Positions 1 through 10,071 of a stretch of 64,000 nucleotides of DNA are shown here, piece by piece (position 1 is the first letter of the stretch; each line of letters begins with the position of its first letter). The notes beneath the pieces were generated by a model. It ran no database searches. It was not told where the DNA came from and was given only the letters and a program-made list of their open reading frames with translations. The stretch comes from a virus (Duplodnaviria > Caudoviricetes): the IMG/VR virus record IMGVR_UViG_3300030098_005649. One strand, 5' to 3'. A program made the position numbers and the translations under genes.

Positions 1-67
1 TAAGGATACCACAAAATCTACAACAGATATTGATAAAGTTTGATGATGTAAATCGAGGTTATTAGAT

Positions 68-3000
68 ATGATAAATCTAAAGAGTATTGATAAACGAGTA
101 CAAAATACTTTACTTGAAAAACAACGACAATTATCAGAACACAATCCAATTGGTGGTGGTAATATTTTTTCTCGTTCTGTTTGGTCAAGAGTATCTTGTT
201 TGTTCAATGGTAAGTTGGTTAGTTTTTTTAGTGATAAAGACCCAACTAATATAAATGATTCAAAGTCAGATACGGTGTATGCATTTTATCGTCCTGATAA
301 TTCAAATCAAATATATAAGAGAAAAGTACGAACACTAACTGATGCAGTAAGTGGTGAAACTACACCAAAGTATGAGGAGTCAAGTGCATATTATAGACCA
401 ATACCAGGTGTGACAGCAATTTCAACTCAGTATGAAGGTGGGTTGAAATCTTTTCGTAAAACAGATTTGAGTTTTATTGTTTGGACATATGATGATATAG
501 CTTTTATGCAAAATTCTTTTATGGCAATAGGAAATTATGTTCTATTAGAATATGGTTGGAATGGGGATATAAATGATACTGCAGGATTCTCTAAACCATT
601 TTTACTTGAAAAACTATTGGGAGAAAATCCATCAATAACAAGTCCACTTAATTTGTTCAACGATGTATTACAAAACTATGCTAGTTATGCACTTGAAATG
701 GAAGGGAATCAAGATGTAATTATGGGTAGAGTTAGTAATTTTGAATATACTACTCGAGCAGATGGTGGATTTGATTGTAGTGTTTCATTGACTTCTTCTG
801 GTGCACAATTATTGAAAACTGAATTACCAGATATAGAAACGATAGAGTTTGTTAGTGGTGAAAATAAAGATGCAAATAAATTTGATTTAGAAGCTGCAAA
901 ATCTGTTGTTACTAATGTAAAAACTTTGATGAACTCACTACCCGAACAATTTGACAAGTTTTATGTTGATGTTATTGCAAAATATTCAAACAAGAAGTTA
1001 TTAACAAATGCAGATGGAAGTCAAGGATTTCTTAGTCTTATAGGGGATTTGGTAAGTTTGAACATAGGAATGGATGATACTTCATTATCAACATTGATGA
1101 ATGACTTTACAGATAATATGTCGTGGCACACTTTATTTCACGATGAGAAATATACTAAAGACGGTGAAACAGAAGAAATAAAAAAGGTATGTGTACCACA
1201 AATATATGCACTACACCATACATATAATGTTAGACAGACAGGAAATAATTCTTACGGAGTTGGTTCTTTGAAATTATCAGAACAAGATGGTACAAGTGAT
1301 GGACTCGGTATGCACTATTATGTTACATTGGGGTGGTTTGAAGATAATGTCCTAAATGGTGCATTGGGTGCATTGAATAGTAAAGGAAATTCAATTTATA
1401 AATTTAGGTCTACTGAAAGGTTTAGTCCTGAGTTTATAAAAGAACTTGGACTAGCAGAAAATCCTGACGGATTATATCAAGATTATTTAAAAGTCACAAG
1501 TGGTAATCACAATATATCTGATGATTGGATGCCATCTGTTACGATATCAAATAATCCATTTCTAACCACAATGAGACCATTTGTTGGAAAGAATTTTACT
1601 TCTGATTCTTCAAAGTATTGTTTTATATTACCTGGTCAAAATTTTGTAAATAGTGGAGATATTAAGAGCGGAACTATGAGATATAATGGTACTGTAAGTC
1701 AAGTTAGAGCTATGGATGCACATTTGAAATATATAAATGAAGTTTTTCCATCATTTGCAGTTCAAACTGGATTAGAAAATAACACACCCACATATGATTA
1801 TTCACGAGGATATTATAGAAATATTTTAGTTCACATTGAATTGTTGAGAGATGCAGTTTCAAATTCTAAAACAGTTGAAGATGTGTATAAAAATATTTTT
1901 AAAAATTTGAATCACGACTATGGTGATTTTTGGGACTTGAGTGTTGTACAAGACCCAATTGAACAAGGTAAAATTACCGTTATGGATAGAAATGTAACAC
2001 ACTTGAAAATAAAACAAAGTCAAGATTCAGATACATATTATAGTGATTTATATTCCACTCCAAATAGATTATCGACAGATGATTCTCCAGAACCTGGTGA
2101 AGTTTATTTTTTCAACATATGGGAAGATAATAGTATAGTGAAAGATTATAAGGTTACTTCAAAGATTCCTGATGAGTTTAAAGTAGCTATGGCATATTCT
2201 GGTAGAGATCCAGACGCACATAATCTTGGTCAAGATAAATATTCTCTATTGGGTAGAATAATAAATCAACAAAGTCAAGATTATGTTGAAGAAAAGATTG
2301 GTGATATAAATAAAGAAGAGTTTGAAGGAATACTAACAGACTTGGAACAAGGTATGTATACATCAGAAGCTATAAATAAATTCAAATCAACTGGTAATAT
2401 TGGTATTTTAATTCCATCAGGTGAGAAAGAAATATTTTTGCCAGTATCATATAATCCAAATAGTAGTGAAAAAAATGGATTCAATGGTGGTAGAGGATTG
2501 ATGACAATAACAGAATTACTTGGTAAGAAAGCTCTAATAGATGGTTCTTCTACAACAGTAGTTCATAATGGTAAAAGAGGTCAGAGGAATGATGACTTTC
2601 AATCCTATATAGCTGCAGCTGCAATTTCACCAAAAATATTAGTGGATATAGCAATAGAAAAAATAAAAAAATACTATAAAGATAAATTTCAAGAAGTTGA
2701 TGATAAAGAGGATAAAGATGAACCTGTAGATGCTTCAAGACCAGTAATTGATATAGCTCTAATCAAAGATATTGGGAATCAAAATGGAGTATTGAAATTG
2801 AGTGATGATGACGATGCATTAGGTGAAGCACTAACAAGTGCTGGGTTTAGTGATACAGATATCCAAAGTTATACAGATAATACAGGTGATGAGGGAAGTA
2901 CTAATGAGATTCAAACTAAAATTTATAGTCATAATATTGGTGGGATGAATCCTATACTTAGAGGGTTATATAAAAGTTTATTGACTTCTACGAGTACGAG

Positions 3001-4069
3001 TAAGTTTCCTAACATACCCATAGAAGTAGAAATAACTATAGATGGGGTTTCAGGAATTGAACCAGGTGATTCTTTTCAAGTTGGTTATTTACAAGAAGAG
3101 TATCTAAAATATACTTTGTTTCAATCTATAGATGTTAGTCACGATGTAAGTAATACTGGTTGGTACACAACAATAAAAGGTATAATGAGAATCAATCGTC
3201 AAGCTATGGGATTATTCTTACCTGATACTGTAAAAGAAGTCAAACCACCCACTGCTTTTTCTGGAACAACAACTTCAACTCCATCGGAAACATATACGAT
3301 ACCAACAGGAATTCCACCAGTACCAAAGAGAAAGAAAACCAAAATTGGGGATGAACCTGAGATAAAACCACCTGCTCATTTACAAGAAATTGAAATAAAC
3401 ACAACTGCAATTGATGAAACTTCACAGGTCATCATACCTAAAAGAAGAAAAGAACCAGACTTTAAGTGGTTTGAAGATATTACTGGAGCAAAAGTATTAG
3501 AAGACCAAGAAGAAGATGATGACCAAATACCTCTTTTTGGTGGAGTTGGAAGTGGAGTTTATCCACTTGGTACTGTAAATGTATCTAATGGAATGAATTA
3601 TACATTGAAAAAGGATGGTAGTAAGATTCCACCACGAACACAACCAAAACTAAAAAAAATCATACCATTGAAAAATCAATTTTATAGTACTGGTACTCTT
3701 TCTGTTGATGCTGGAGATGAGTATACAAATAAAACTCCACCACCTGAAGCAATAGGAAACATTTTCTTGTTCGAGAAATTTCGTAGAGAATCAAATCCAT
3801 CAGGTCTTCAAAGTAGAGTATTTAGAATTCAAGATGAGTTGGCAAGTAACTATCCAAAGTATAAGAGTGAGTGGGTTGTTATGAAGAAAGTTCGTGGTAA
3901 AGTATTCCCATCAGGTTGGGGAGATTCAATCTCATCGGATATGTTGAGTTTGAACAAAATGTTTTATTTCAAGAACAGACAAGTTTTTCGTGATTATGCA
4001 AAACTACACGGATATAGATTGGAAGAAGGTTCTAAGATAAGTATGAATACAGAACAGGTGGTGAGATAA
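68..4069 (+). CDS. probable baseplate hub / tail-associated structural protein with long Pro/Thr-rich C-terminal extension
   Basis: 1333 aa ORF; N-terminal PGVTAISTQY...VLLEYGW and later VEITIDGVSGIEPGDSFQV...VSHDVS..GWYTTIKG resemble hub-type proteins of large myoviruses (pattern recognition only). Confidence 0.5.
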   Translation: MINLKSIDKRVQNTLLEKQRQLSEHNPIGGGNIFSRSVWSRVSCLFNGKLVSFFSDKDPTNINDSKSDTVYAFYRPDNSNQIYKRKVRTLTDAVSGETTPKYEESSAYYRPIPGVTAISTQYEGGLKSFRKTDLSFIVWTYDDIAFMQNSFMAIGNYVLLEYGWNGDINDTAGFSKPFLLEKLLGENPSITSPLNLFNDVLQNYASYALEMEGNQDVIMGRVSNFEYTTRADGGFDCSVSLTSSGAQLLKTELPDIETIEFVSGENKDANKFDLEAAKSVVTNVKTLMNSLPEQFDKFYVDVIAKYSNKKLLTNADGSQGFLSLIGDLVSLNIGMDDTSLSTLMNDFTDNMSWHTLFHDEKYTKDGETEEIKKVCVPQIYALHHTYNVRQTGNNSYGVGSLKLSEQDGTSDGLGMHYYVTLGWFEDNVLNGALGALNSKGNSIYKFRSTERFSPEFIKELGLAENPDGLYQDYLKVTSGNHNISDDWMPSVTISNNPFLTTMRPFVGKNFTSDSSKYCFILPGQNFVNSGDIKSGTMRYNGTVSQVRAMDAHLKYINEVFPSFAVQTGLENNTPTYDYSRGYYRNILVHIELLRDAVSNSKTVEDVYKNIFKNLNHDYGDFWDLSVVQDPIEQGKITVMDRNVTHLKIKQSQDSDTYYSDLYSTPNRLSTDDSPEPGEVYFFNIWEDNSIVKDYKVTSKIPDEFKVAMAYSGRDPDAHNLGQDKYSLLGRIINQQSQDYVEEKIGDINKEEFEGILTDLEQGMYTSEAINKFKSTGNIGILIPSGEKEIFLPVSYNPNSSEKNGFNGGRGLMTITELLGKKALIDGSSTTVVHNGKRGQRNDDFQSYIAAAAISPKILVDIAIEKIKKYYKDKFQEVDDKEDKDEPVDASRPVIDIALIKDIGNQNGVLKLSDDDDALGEALTSAGFSDTDIQSYTDNTGDEGSTNEIQTKIYSHNIGGMNPILRGLYKSLLTSTSTSKFPNIPIEVEITIDGVSGIEPGDSFQVGYLQEEYLKYTLFQSIDVSHDVSNTGWYTTIKGIMRINRQAMGLFLPDTVKEVKPPTAFSGTTTSTPSETYTIPTGIPPVPKRKKTKIGDEPEIKPPAHLQEIEINTTAIDETSQVIIPKRRKEPDFKWFEDITGAKVLEDQEEDDDQIPLFGGVGSGVYPLGTVNVSNGMNYTLKKDGSKIPPRTQPKLKKIIPLKNQFYSTGTLSVDAGDEYTNKTPPPEAIGNIFLFEKFRRESNPSGLQSRVFRIQDELASNYPKYKSEWVVMKKVRGKVFPSGWGDSISSDMLSLNKMFYFKNRQVFRDYAKLHGYRLEEGSKISMNTEQVVR

Positions 4070-4070
4070 G

Positions 4071-4841
4071 ATGATGTATGTTGATAAAAAAGAATTTGAA
4101 GATAAACCTATTGATAAAATAGTAGGTCAAACTATGCAAGTAATAACTGGAAGAATTACTAAGAAATATGAATTTAAATATTTGACTGGTCATTATGTTC
4201 CAGAAAATATTGGATATCACATCCATATAACAAAAACAAGAGCCACTATCTATATGACTAATCACCAACATAGTGAGGACTCTAAAATAATAGTACCACA
4301 AAAAGAATCGATTGTTGCAATTGAAAAATATATGAAGTTGAATCCACAAAAAGTAGATACCTATCCTATTACGAATGAGGCAAATCCAAATCAAAATGAT
4401 TATGATGCTGGTTTTATAAAGAGAAAATTTGCATATGAGGCGGGTAAGAGAAATCCAGATGTTTTTGAAATATCACCAACAGATGATTTCACTACTTCAA
4501 AATACACCACTTATGAATATGAACATATCATTTCATCTAACTATTTCGACACACCTCTTACCTTGTTTGAATCAGAAAATAAGGCACAAGAACTAAATGG
4601 TGATAGGATACGAGAGATAGTTGATAAAGTTCCTAAAATTAGAAATATAGCTAGTACAGGTCAATTTTGGAGAGAAGTTTCACCAATGGAAAAAACATTA
4701 GAAAAACTTTTTGGGGGTGGAATAAGTGGACATAAAATATCTCAACAAGGTGGACAAACACCATCAGCTGGTGGTTCAACTGGTGGTTCAACTGGAGGTG
4801 GTGGTTCTACAGGCGGTGGTTCTGGTGGTGGTGGATATTAA
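4071..4841 (+). CDS. hypothetical protein, possibly baseplate-associated, with Gly/Ser/Thr-rich C-terminal tail
   Basis: 256 aa ORF starting right after the hub gene; ends GGSTGGSTGGGGSTGGGSGGGGY. Confidence 0.45.
   Translation: MMYVDKKEFEDKPIDKIVGQTMQVITGRITKKYEFKYLTGHYVPENIGYHIHITKTRATIYMTNHQHSEDSKIIVPQKESIVAIEKYMKLNPQKVDTYPITNEANPNQNDYDAGFIKRKFAYEAGKRNPDVFEISPTDDFTTSKYTTYEYEHIISSNYFDTPLTLFESENKAQELNGDRIREIVDKVPKIRNIASTGQFWREVSPMEKTLEKLFGGGISGHKISQQGGQTPSAGGSTGGSTGGGGSTGGGSGGGGY
4770..4838 (+). repeat. coding tandem repeat (ggtggttcaact x2, then degenerate copies) encoding GGST units
   Basis: seen directly at 4770-4793 and downstream. Confidence 0.8.
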
Positions 4842-4866
4842 TTTATTGTTTGGTATTTTAGGATAA

Positions 4867-4878
4867 TATTTATAAATA
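4867..4878 (+). promoter_or_regulatory. TATTTATA/TATAAATA late-promoter-like motif upstream of thyX
   Basis: intergenic TATTTATAAATA; TATTTATA recurs intergenically at 36128, 59763 and 61587; TATAAATA is the T4 late promoter. Confidence 0.4.
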
Positions 4879-4893
4879 AATTAGGGTTATAAT

Positions 4894-5589
4894 ATGATAC
4901 AAAATGTTTTAGATAAAGGTTTCATTGAAGTTGTGGATTCTCTTGGAGATGACCTAACAGTAGTAAATTCTGCTCGTGTATCATTCGGTAAAAGAAAAAA
5001 GAAGTGGGATAAATCGGATGAAAGGTTGGTTAGGTTTTTAGCAAAATATAAACACTATTCACCATTCAGACATTTACAAGTTCAATTTCACATCAAGGCA
5101 CCAGAGTTCGTTATGAGACAATGGTATAAGCATGTTGTGGGTATTGAGACATCTTCGAGTAGTTCTACGAAAGACCACGCTTGGAATGAGATTAGTGGTC
5201 GTTATGTTCCTGTTGAGGACTTTTACACGCCAGAAGTGTTTAGACAACAATCAGAAGACAACAAACAGGCAACAGAAGGAGCAGTAAAAGACCAAGATTC
5301 TGCAAAACATCATTGGGAACAGGCGATGTTTCACGCTAAAGAACAATATCAGAAGTTGTTGGATATGGGTGTTGGTAAAGAACAAGCAAGAGCTATCCTA
5401 CCATTGAACCAATACACCGAAGTATATTGGACAGCATCATTTCAGGCAGTAATGAACTTTATAGAACTAAGAAATGAGAAAACCTCACAATGGGAAATTC
5501 AAGAATATGCAAAAGTTCTGTTGGAGTTAATGCACGATACATTTCCTAAAATAACAGAAATATGGTCGGAGGCACATAACTGGAAATAA
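4894..5589 (+). CDS. thyX: FAD-dependent thymidylate synthase
   Basis: NSARVSF, SPFRH, QWYKH, WNEISGRY, NFIELR motifs. Confidence 0.95.
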   Translation: MIQNVLDKGFIEVVDSLGDDLTVVNSARVSFGKRKKKWDKSDERLVRFLAKYKHYSPFRHLQVQFHIKAPEFVMRQWYKHVVGIETSSSSSTKDHAWNEISGRYVPVEDFYTPEVFRQQSEDNKQATEGAVKDQDSAKHHWEQAMFHAKEQYQKLLDMGVGKEQARAILPLNQYTEVYWTASFQAVMNFIELRNEKTSQWEIQEYAKVLLELMHDTFPKITEIWSEAHNWK

Positions 5590-5590
5590 T

Positions 5591-6151
5591 ATGTTGGATG
5601 TATTTGTATTTGAAGACTTTTATGAAAATCCTGATGAAGTACGAGATTATGCTCTAAATCAAACTTTTAATATTGAGGGTAATTATCCTGGTTGGAGAAC
5701 TAAACCAGCCGTACCCGAACAATCTGAAAAACTAAAAAATTTCATACAAGAAAAAATTATAGGAAAAGAAATAATACATTGGCCAGAAGAATACAATACT
5801 GCATATCAGTACACGGATAAGGATTGTGTTACTTGGGTTCATCACGATGCGACAGAGTGGGCAGGTGTTGTGTATCTAACTCCAAATGCACCTGTTGATT
5901 CAGGAACTTCAATTTACAGATTGAAGGAAACAGGTGTTTACCAATGGAATCCAGATGATGATTCTACGGACTATAACAATGGAGAAATTCCAAGAGACAT
6001 TACGAAATGGGAAGAAATTTTGAGTGTAGGAAACATTTATAATCGTTTGGTAATTTACAAAGGTACTTATTATCATAGAAGTAAAATTCCAGGTTTTGGT
6101 AATGGTAAAGAAGACGGAAGATTATTTCAAACATTTTTCTTTGATACATAA
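5591..6151 (+). CDS. DUF6445-like putative 2OG-Fe(II) oxygenase
   Basis: NYPGWRT, WVHHD, WAGVVYLTP, YNRLVIY, HRS, RLFQTFFF pattern typical of this marine-phage family. Confidence 0.65.
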   Translation: MLDVFVFEDFYENPDEVRDYALNQTFNIEGNYPGWRTKPAVPEQSEKLKNFIQEKIIGKEIIHWPEEYNTAYQYTDKDCVTWVHHDATEWAGVVYLTPNAPVDSGTSIYRLKETGVYQWNPDDDSTDYNNGEIPRDITKWEEILSVGNIYNRLVIYKGTYYHRSKIPGFGNGKEDGRLFQTFFFDT

Positions 6152-6154
6152 ATT

Positions 6155-6799
6155 ATGGATTATATTTTAACAGGTAAAATACCACAAGAGTGGTCACACG
6201 GAGCAAACATATCCGATAATTCTTGGTATTGTTGGAATGAATTATTTTCACCATCACAATGTGATGAGATAATAAGAATTGCAGAAGATGAGTTTCCTTT
6301 GATACGAGGAACTATTATGTCTGAAAATGAAGATTTAGGTAAACGAAGTGGATTCAATGCTCAAACAGATAAAGTGTTGCGTGACTCACAAGTTAGGTGG
6401 GTTCAACCTACAGATTCTACTACTTGGATTTATGAATGGATATGGAATTCAGTTGTTTCTACAAATCAAGGTAATTGGGATTTTGATATACGAGGGATGG
6501 GTGAGGCACTACAATATACTGTTTATGATAGTAATGTAGGAGATGCACATTATGGTTGGCACAGAGACATAGGTGGTAATCAAAATCATAGAAAAATAAG
6601 TTTGACTATTCAGTTATCAGATGATAGTGAATATGAAGGCGGACATTTTGAATTGGAAGATATTGGTAAATTTGAAACCTATCGAAATAAGGGAGATGCA
6701 ATAATGTTTCCCTCAATCTTTAGACATAAGATTCACCCAATAACATACGGAGTAAGAAAGTCATTAGTGGTTTGGATAACAGGCCCAAAAATAAAATAA
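6155..6799 (+). CDS. 2OG-Fe(II) oxygenase (prolyl 4-hydroxylase / PKHD type)
   Basis: YGWHRD (HxD), RKISLTIQLS, EYEGG, HKIHPITYGVRKSLVVW. Confidence 0.9.
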   Translation: MDYILTGKIPQEWSHGANISDNSWYCWNELFSPSQCDEIIRIAEDEFPLIRGTIMSENEDLGKRSGFNAQTDKVLRDSQVRWVQPTDSTTWIYEWIWNSVVSTNQGNWDFDIRGMGEALQYTVYDSNVGDAHYGWHRDIGGNQNHRKISLTIQLSDDSEYEGGHFELEDIGKFETYRNKGDAIMFPSIFRHKIHPITYGVRKSLVVWITGPKIK

Positions 6800-8071
6800 A
6801 TGGTTATAGAAAGTCAAGGACAACTTGACAAGGTTATTGAATTAGTAAAAACAAAAAACTTTTTCATACAAGTGTTATGTGACACTATAAAAAAACATCC
6901 AAGTGATGATAAAATTAGTGTCATTATGTTATACTTTGATGAATGGTATGTTGTACCATTTGACCATATAGATTGTATAAATCTGTCAGATGCACAACAA
7001 GAACAATTCCTTGTCGAATTAGTTTGTTCAAATACAAAAAAATATTGTGTAGATAAGAAGAGATTACTTCATTTGGTAAAGTGTGCAAATCTCATAGACC
7101 TAAAAATGTCACGATACCTTTCTGATAATGAAGTCTTGGATGATGAAGATTTTTATACTAATACACAACAAATATTTCACTATGAATGGCGTAATCTAAA
7201 AAAGATAAATAATTTATTACCGATAACTAAACTAATAGAATATACTACAAAGATTTATGATTCATACAAATCATATGATAATCATCAAGAATGTTCAGAT
7301 GTATATCATAATTTGATGTTAGAAAGTTATCAAACAATAGAGAGTAATGGAATACAAACTACAGATGGTATTGTATATTCAGAATATAATCCTTTCACAA
7401 GTACAGGTAGACCGAGTAATAGATTTGGTGGTATCAATTTTGCAGCTCTAAATAAAAAAGATGGTAGTAGAAAAAAGTTTATAAGTAGATTTGGACAAAA
7501 TGGTAAGTTAGTTGAAATGGATTATGATGCATATCACTTGAGGTTGATTGCAAAAATAATAGACTTCGACCTACCTAAAACTTCAGTACACGAATATATG
7601 ATGAAATTTTATGGTATAGATGATTATGAAGAAGCAAAAAGATTATCCTTTCAATACTTGTATGGTAACATTCCAGAGAACATTATTGATACCAATCCCT
7701 TTTTTAAATCCGTACAAGAGTATATAAATTCAAAATGGAGTGAGTATAAAGAACGACAATTTGTTTCTTCAGATATTTATAAACGAAGGCTTTTCGCCAA
7801 AAATCTACCAAATATGAACAAAAATAAATTGTTCAATTATTTGATACAATTGAGTGAAACAGAAAACAATCTACAAGTAATTCAAGAGTTGAATAAGTAT
7901 TTGGAAGACAAAGAATCCAAGTTGGTTTTATACTCATATGATTCTTTTCTAATAGATTTCAATATGAACGATGGTGTAGAGACTTTGAAAGATTGTAAAA
8001 GAATAGTTGATAGGGATGGTATTTTTCCTGTCACACTAAAGAGGGGTGATAATTATCACGATATGAAATGA
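6800..8071 (+). CDS. divergent, shortened family-A DNA polymerase-like protein
   Basis: TSTGRPS, motif A-like EMDYDAYHLRLIA, motif B-like AKRLSFQYLYG, motif C-like LYSYDSFLID. Confidence 0.75.
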   Translation: MVIESQGQLDKVIELVKTKNFFIQVLCDTIKKHPSDDKISVIMLYFDEWYVVPFDHIDCINLSDAQQEQFLVELVCSNTKKYCVDKKRLLHLVKCANLIDLKMSRYLSDNEVLDDEDFYTNTQQIFHYEWRNLKKINNLLPITKLIEYTTKIYDSYKSYDNHQECSDVYHNLMLESYQTIESNGIQTTDGIVYSEYNPFTSTGRPSNRFGGINFAALNKKDGSRKKFISRFGQNGKLVEMDYDAYHLRLIAKIIDFDLPKTSVHEYMMKFYGIDDYEEAKRLSFQYLYGNIPENIIDTNPFFKSVQEYINSKWSEYKERQFVSSDIYKRRLFAKNLPNMNKNKLFNYLIQLSETENNLQVIQELNKYLEDKESKLVLYSYDSFLIDFNMNDGVETLKDCKRIVDRDGIFPVTLKRGDNYHDMK

Positions 8072-8937
8072 TAAAACTAAAACAATTACTAAAAGAAACT
8101 TTCATAGGAGATAAATGGTATCCAGCACATACTCAAGAATCATTGAAATGGGTATTGAGTCAAGAAAATGTACCAATCTATCCAAAGACGATAGAGAAAC
8201 TAATTGGTCAAGTACCAGTTACAGCTTTTCATATGACAGGACCAGAATATATTCCTAAAGTAGCTGGTGTGGTTGGTAAGAAAAAATCTCTTTCTACATT
8301 TGACCAAGTTGCTGCAGACTCTCCATTGGCTAAAGGAAAGGGAATACAGACAGGTTCAGGTGGAATTGTATTTCAAGTAGAGGGATTTTTACTGGCAAGA
8401 GCACAATCTGATTTGGCAAGTGTTCCAGACAAAACAGGTCGTAGATGGTTGGAGTCTCGTAAAGTATTTGGAGATAGTGAGTTCGTAAGAAGAGCAGCTA
8501 AAAAGAATAAAAAATTATATACTCGTAGTGAATGGTATGATATGGAACAAGATATTCAAGATGAGATAAAAGATAAAAATCCAGATGCACGGTATATGGA
8601 AGTTGTAGAATTGGCTAAGGTGGAAATGAATAAAAAAGCAAACGAACTTATACGAAATTATATTGATTTTACAAATGACTTATTGATGAAAAATAAAAAG
8701 AAATTTGTAAAAAATCTTACGAGTGATGAGAGTAAAGTAAATTGGAATTGGAATGAAATCATACTACATAGTGCAAAAATAAAAAGTGCATTTGTAATGA
8801 AAAGACTTGAAAAAGATTATTACTTTAAGGAAAATAAAAAACAACTCGAAAAACTAACAAGAGATATAACATATGGAACACCTGGTCAATACAGAAAATG
8901 GTATACCGCAAGAAAAGGACAAATAAATGTCAATTAA
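8068..8937 (+). CDS. hypothetical protein, probably virion-internal; possible ADP-ribosyltransferase-like fold
   Basis: N-terminus MIKLKQLLKE; FHMT ... SLSTF ... GGIVFQV spacing loosely like an ART core. Confidence 0.35.
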   Translation: MIKLKQLLKETFIGDKWYPAHTQESLKWVLSQENVPIYPKTIEKLIGQVPVTAFHMTGPEYIPKVAGVVGKKKSLSTFDQVAADSPLAKGKGIQTGSGGIVFQVEGFLLARAQSDLASVPDKTGRRWLESRKVFGDSEFVRRAAKKNKKLYTRSEWYDMEQDIQDEIKDKNPDARYMEVVELAKVEMNKKANELIRNYIDFTNDLLMKNKKKFVKNLTSDESKVNWNWNEIILHSAKIKSAFVMKRLEKDYYFKENKKQLEKLTRDITYGTPGQYRKWYTARKGQINVN

Positions 8938-9550
8938 TATTTCATTATATGATTTGGTCAATATAGACGAACTCGTTTATACTAACGACATATCAGAGAA
9001 ACATCAAAAGAGAATTGATGAGGGAAAGGAATGGCTAAAAACTATCACTCTACCTTATAAAAATCCACCAAAAAATTCAAGTTATGTTACATTGAATGAA
9101 TTGGAATTTTTACGAGACTTGAGAACAGATGGTAGTGAACTAAAAGAATTTGATAATATCGAAGACAACTTTGGTGATTTATTGGAAGGTTTTGGATTTG
9201 ATAGAAATAAAGATTATATTGATGACTTGGTACATAAAAGTAGAGGTCCTATATATGTTCTAAAATATCATTATAATAGACCAAGACCATCTCAAGTTGC
9301 AGAAGTTAGAGGTATTGATATAAATCAATCTTCTGTGGATTCTGCAAAAACACCAAGTTATCCAAGTGGACATTCAACTCAGGCTTATTTATTGTCCATA
9401 AAATTAGCAACAAAATATCCGAGTATTGCTAGTGAATTATATGAGTTGGGAGAAAATATTTCATACTCAAGAGTCTTAGGTAAAGTTCATTATCCAAGTG
9501 ATTATCAGTATGGTAAAATTTTGGGTGACTCTTTAGCGAGGTCTTTATGA
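8927..9550 (+). CDS. PAP2-superfamily phosphatase (acid phosphatase / haloperoxidase type)
   Basis: KYHYNRPRP, PSYPSGHS, SRVLGKVHYPSD = the three PAP2 motifs. Confidence 0.88.
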   Translation: MSINISLYDLVNIDELVYTNDISEKHQKRIDEGKEWLKTITLPYKNPPKNSSYVTLNELEFLRDLRTDGSELKEFDNIEDNFGDLLEGFGFDRNKDYIDDLVHKSRGPIYVLKYHYNRPRPSQVAEVRGIDINQSSVDSAKTPSYPSGHSTQAYLLSIKLATKYPSIASELYELGENISYSRVLGKVHYPSDYQYGKILGDSLARSL

Positions 9551-10071
9551 TTAGTTTGTATTCACTTATAAATGAAGTGACTTTGAAGAAGTGGAATCAT
9601 TTTAGACCTTTGAGTTACGATGAGATTAGAGATGAGTATGATGAATTCAAAGAGAATGATAAAACAAAATTTGTAATGCCACGATTGGCAAAAGATTGGG
9701 ATGATTTCAATGATTCCGTAAAGGTTGCACAAGAGGAAATATTTAGTGTTGAGGAGTTGAAAGAATTGTATAATTCAGATGTTGGAGAGGTTCTAACCAT
9801 TATAAAAGATGGTGGATTATCTGCGGGATTAGATGAGACAAAAAGATTATCTAATCATTATGGTAAGGATTGGAAAAGAATTTACAAGGCATTCAAATCA
9901 ACACCACCAATGAAATTACCATTACCACTTGTAGTGAGAGATAAAAATAGTGATAATTATTTATTGGCTGGAAATACTCGATTGATGGTATCTGTGTCTT
10001 TAGGATATAATATGGGTATCAATGTCATACCTTACAAGTACGAATTTAAGAGTGAGGGATTTTACTTATGA
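9547..10071 (+). CDS. ParB/sulfiredoxin-like domain protein
   Basis: LPLPLVVRD...YLLAGNTRL resembles the ParB/Srx GxxRL motif; N-terminus MISLYSLINE. Confidence 0.5.
   Translation: MISLYSLINEVTLKKWNHFRPLSYDEIRDEYDEFKENDKTKFVMPRLAKDWDDFNDSVKVAQEEIFSVEELKELYNSDVGEVLTIIKDGGLSAGLDETKRLSNHYGKDWKRIYKAFKSTPPMKLPLPLVVRDKNSDNYLLAGNTRLMVSVSLGYNMGINVIPYKYEFKSEGFYL

Noticed and set aside
5591-6799. TET/JBP-type base-modifying role for the two 2OG oxygenases next to thyX
   Set aside because: Motifs fit the common DUF6445-like and prolyl-hydroxylase-type families of marine phages, not TET/JBP.
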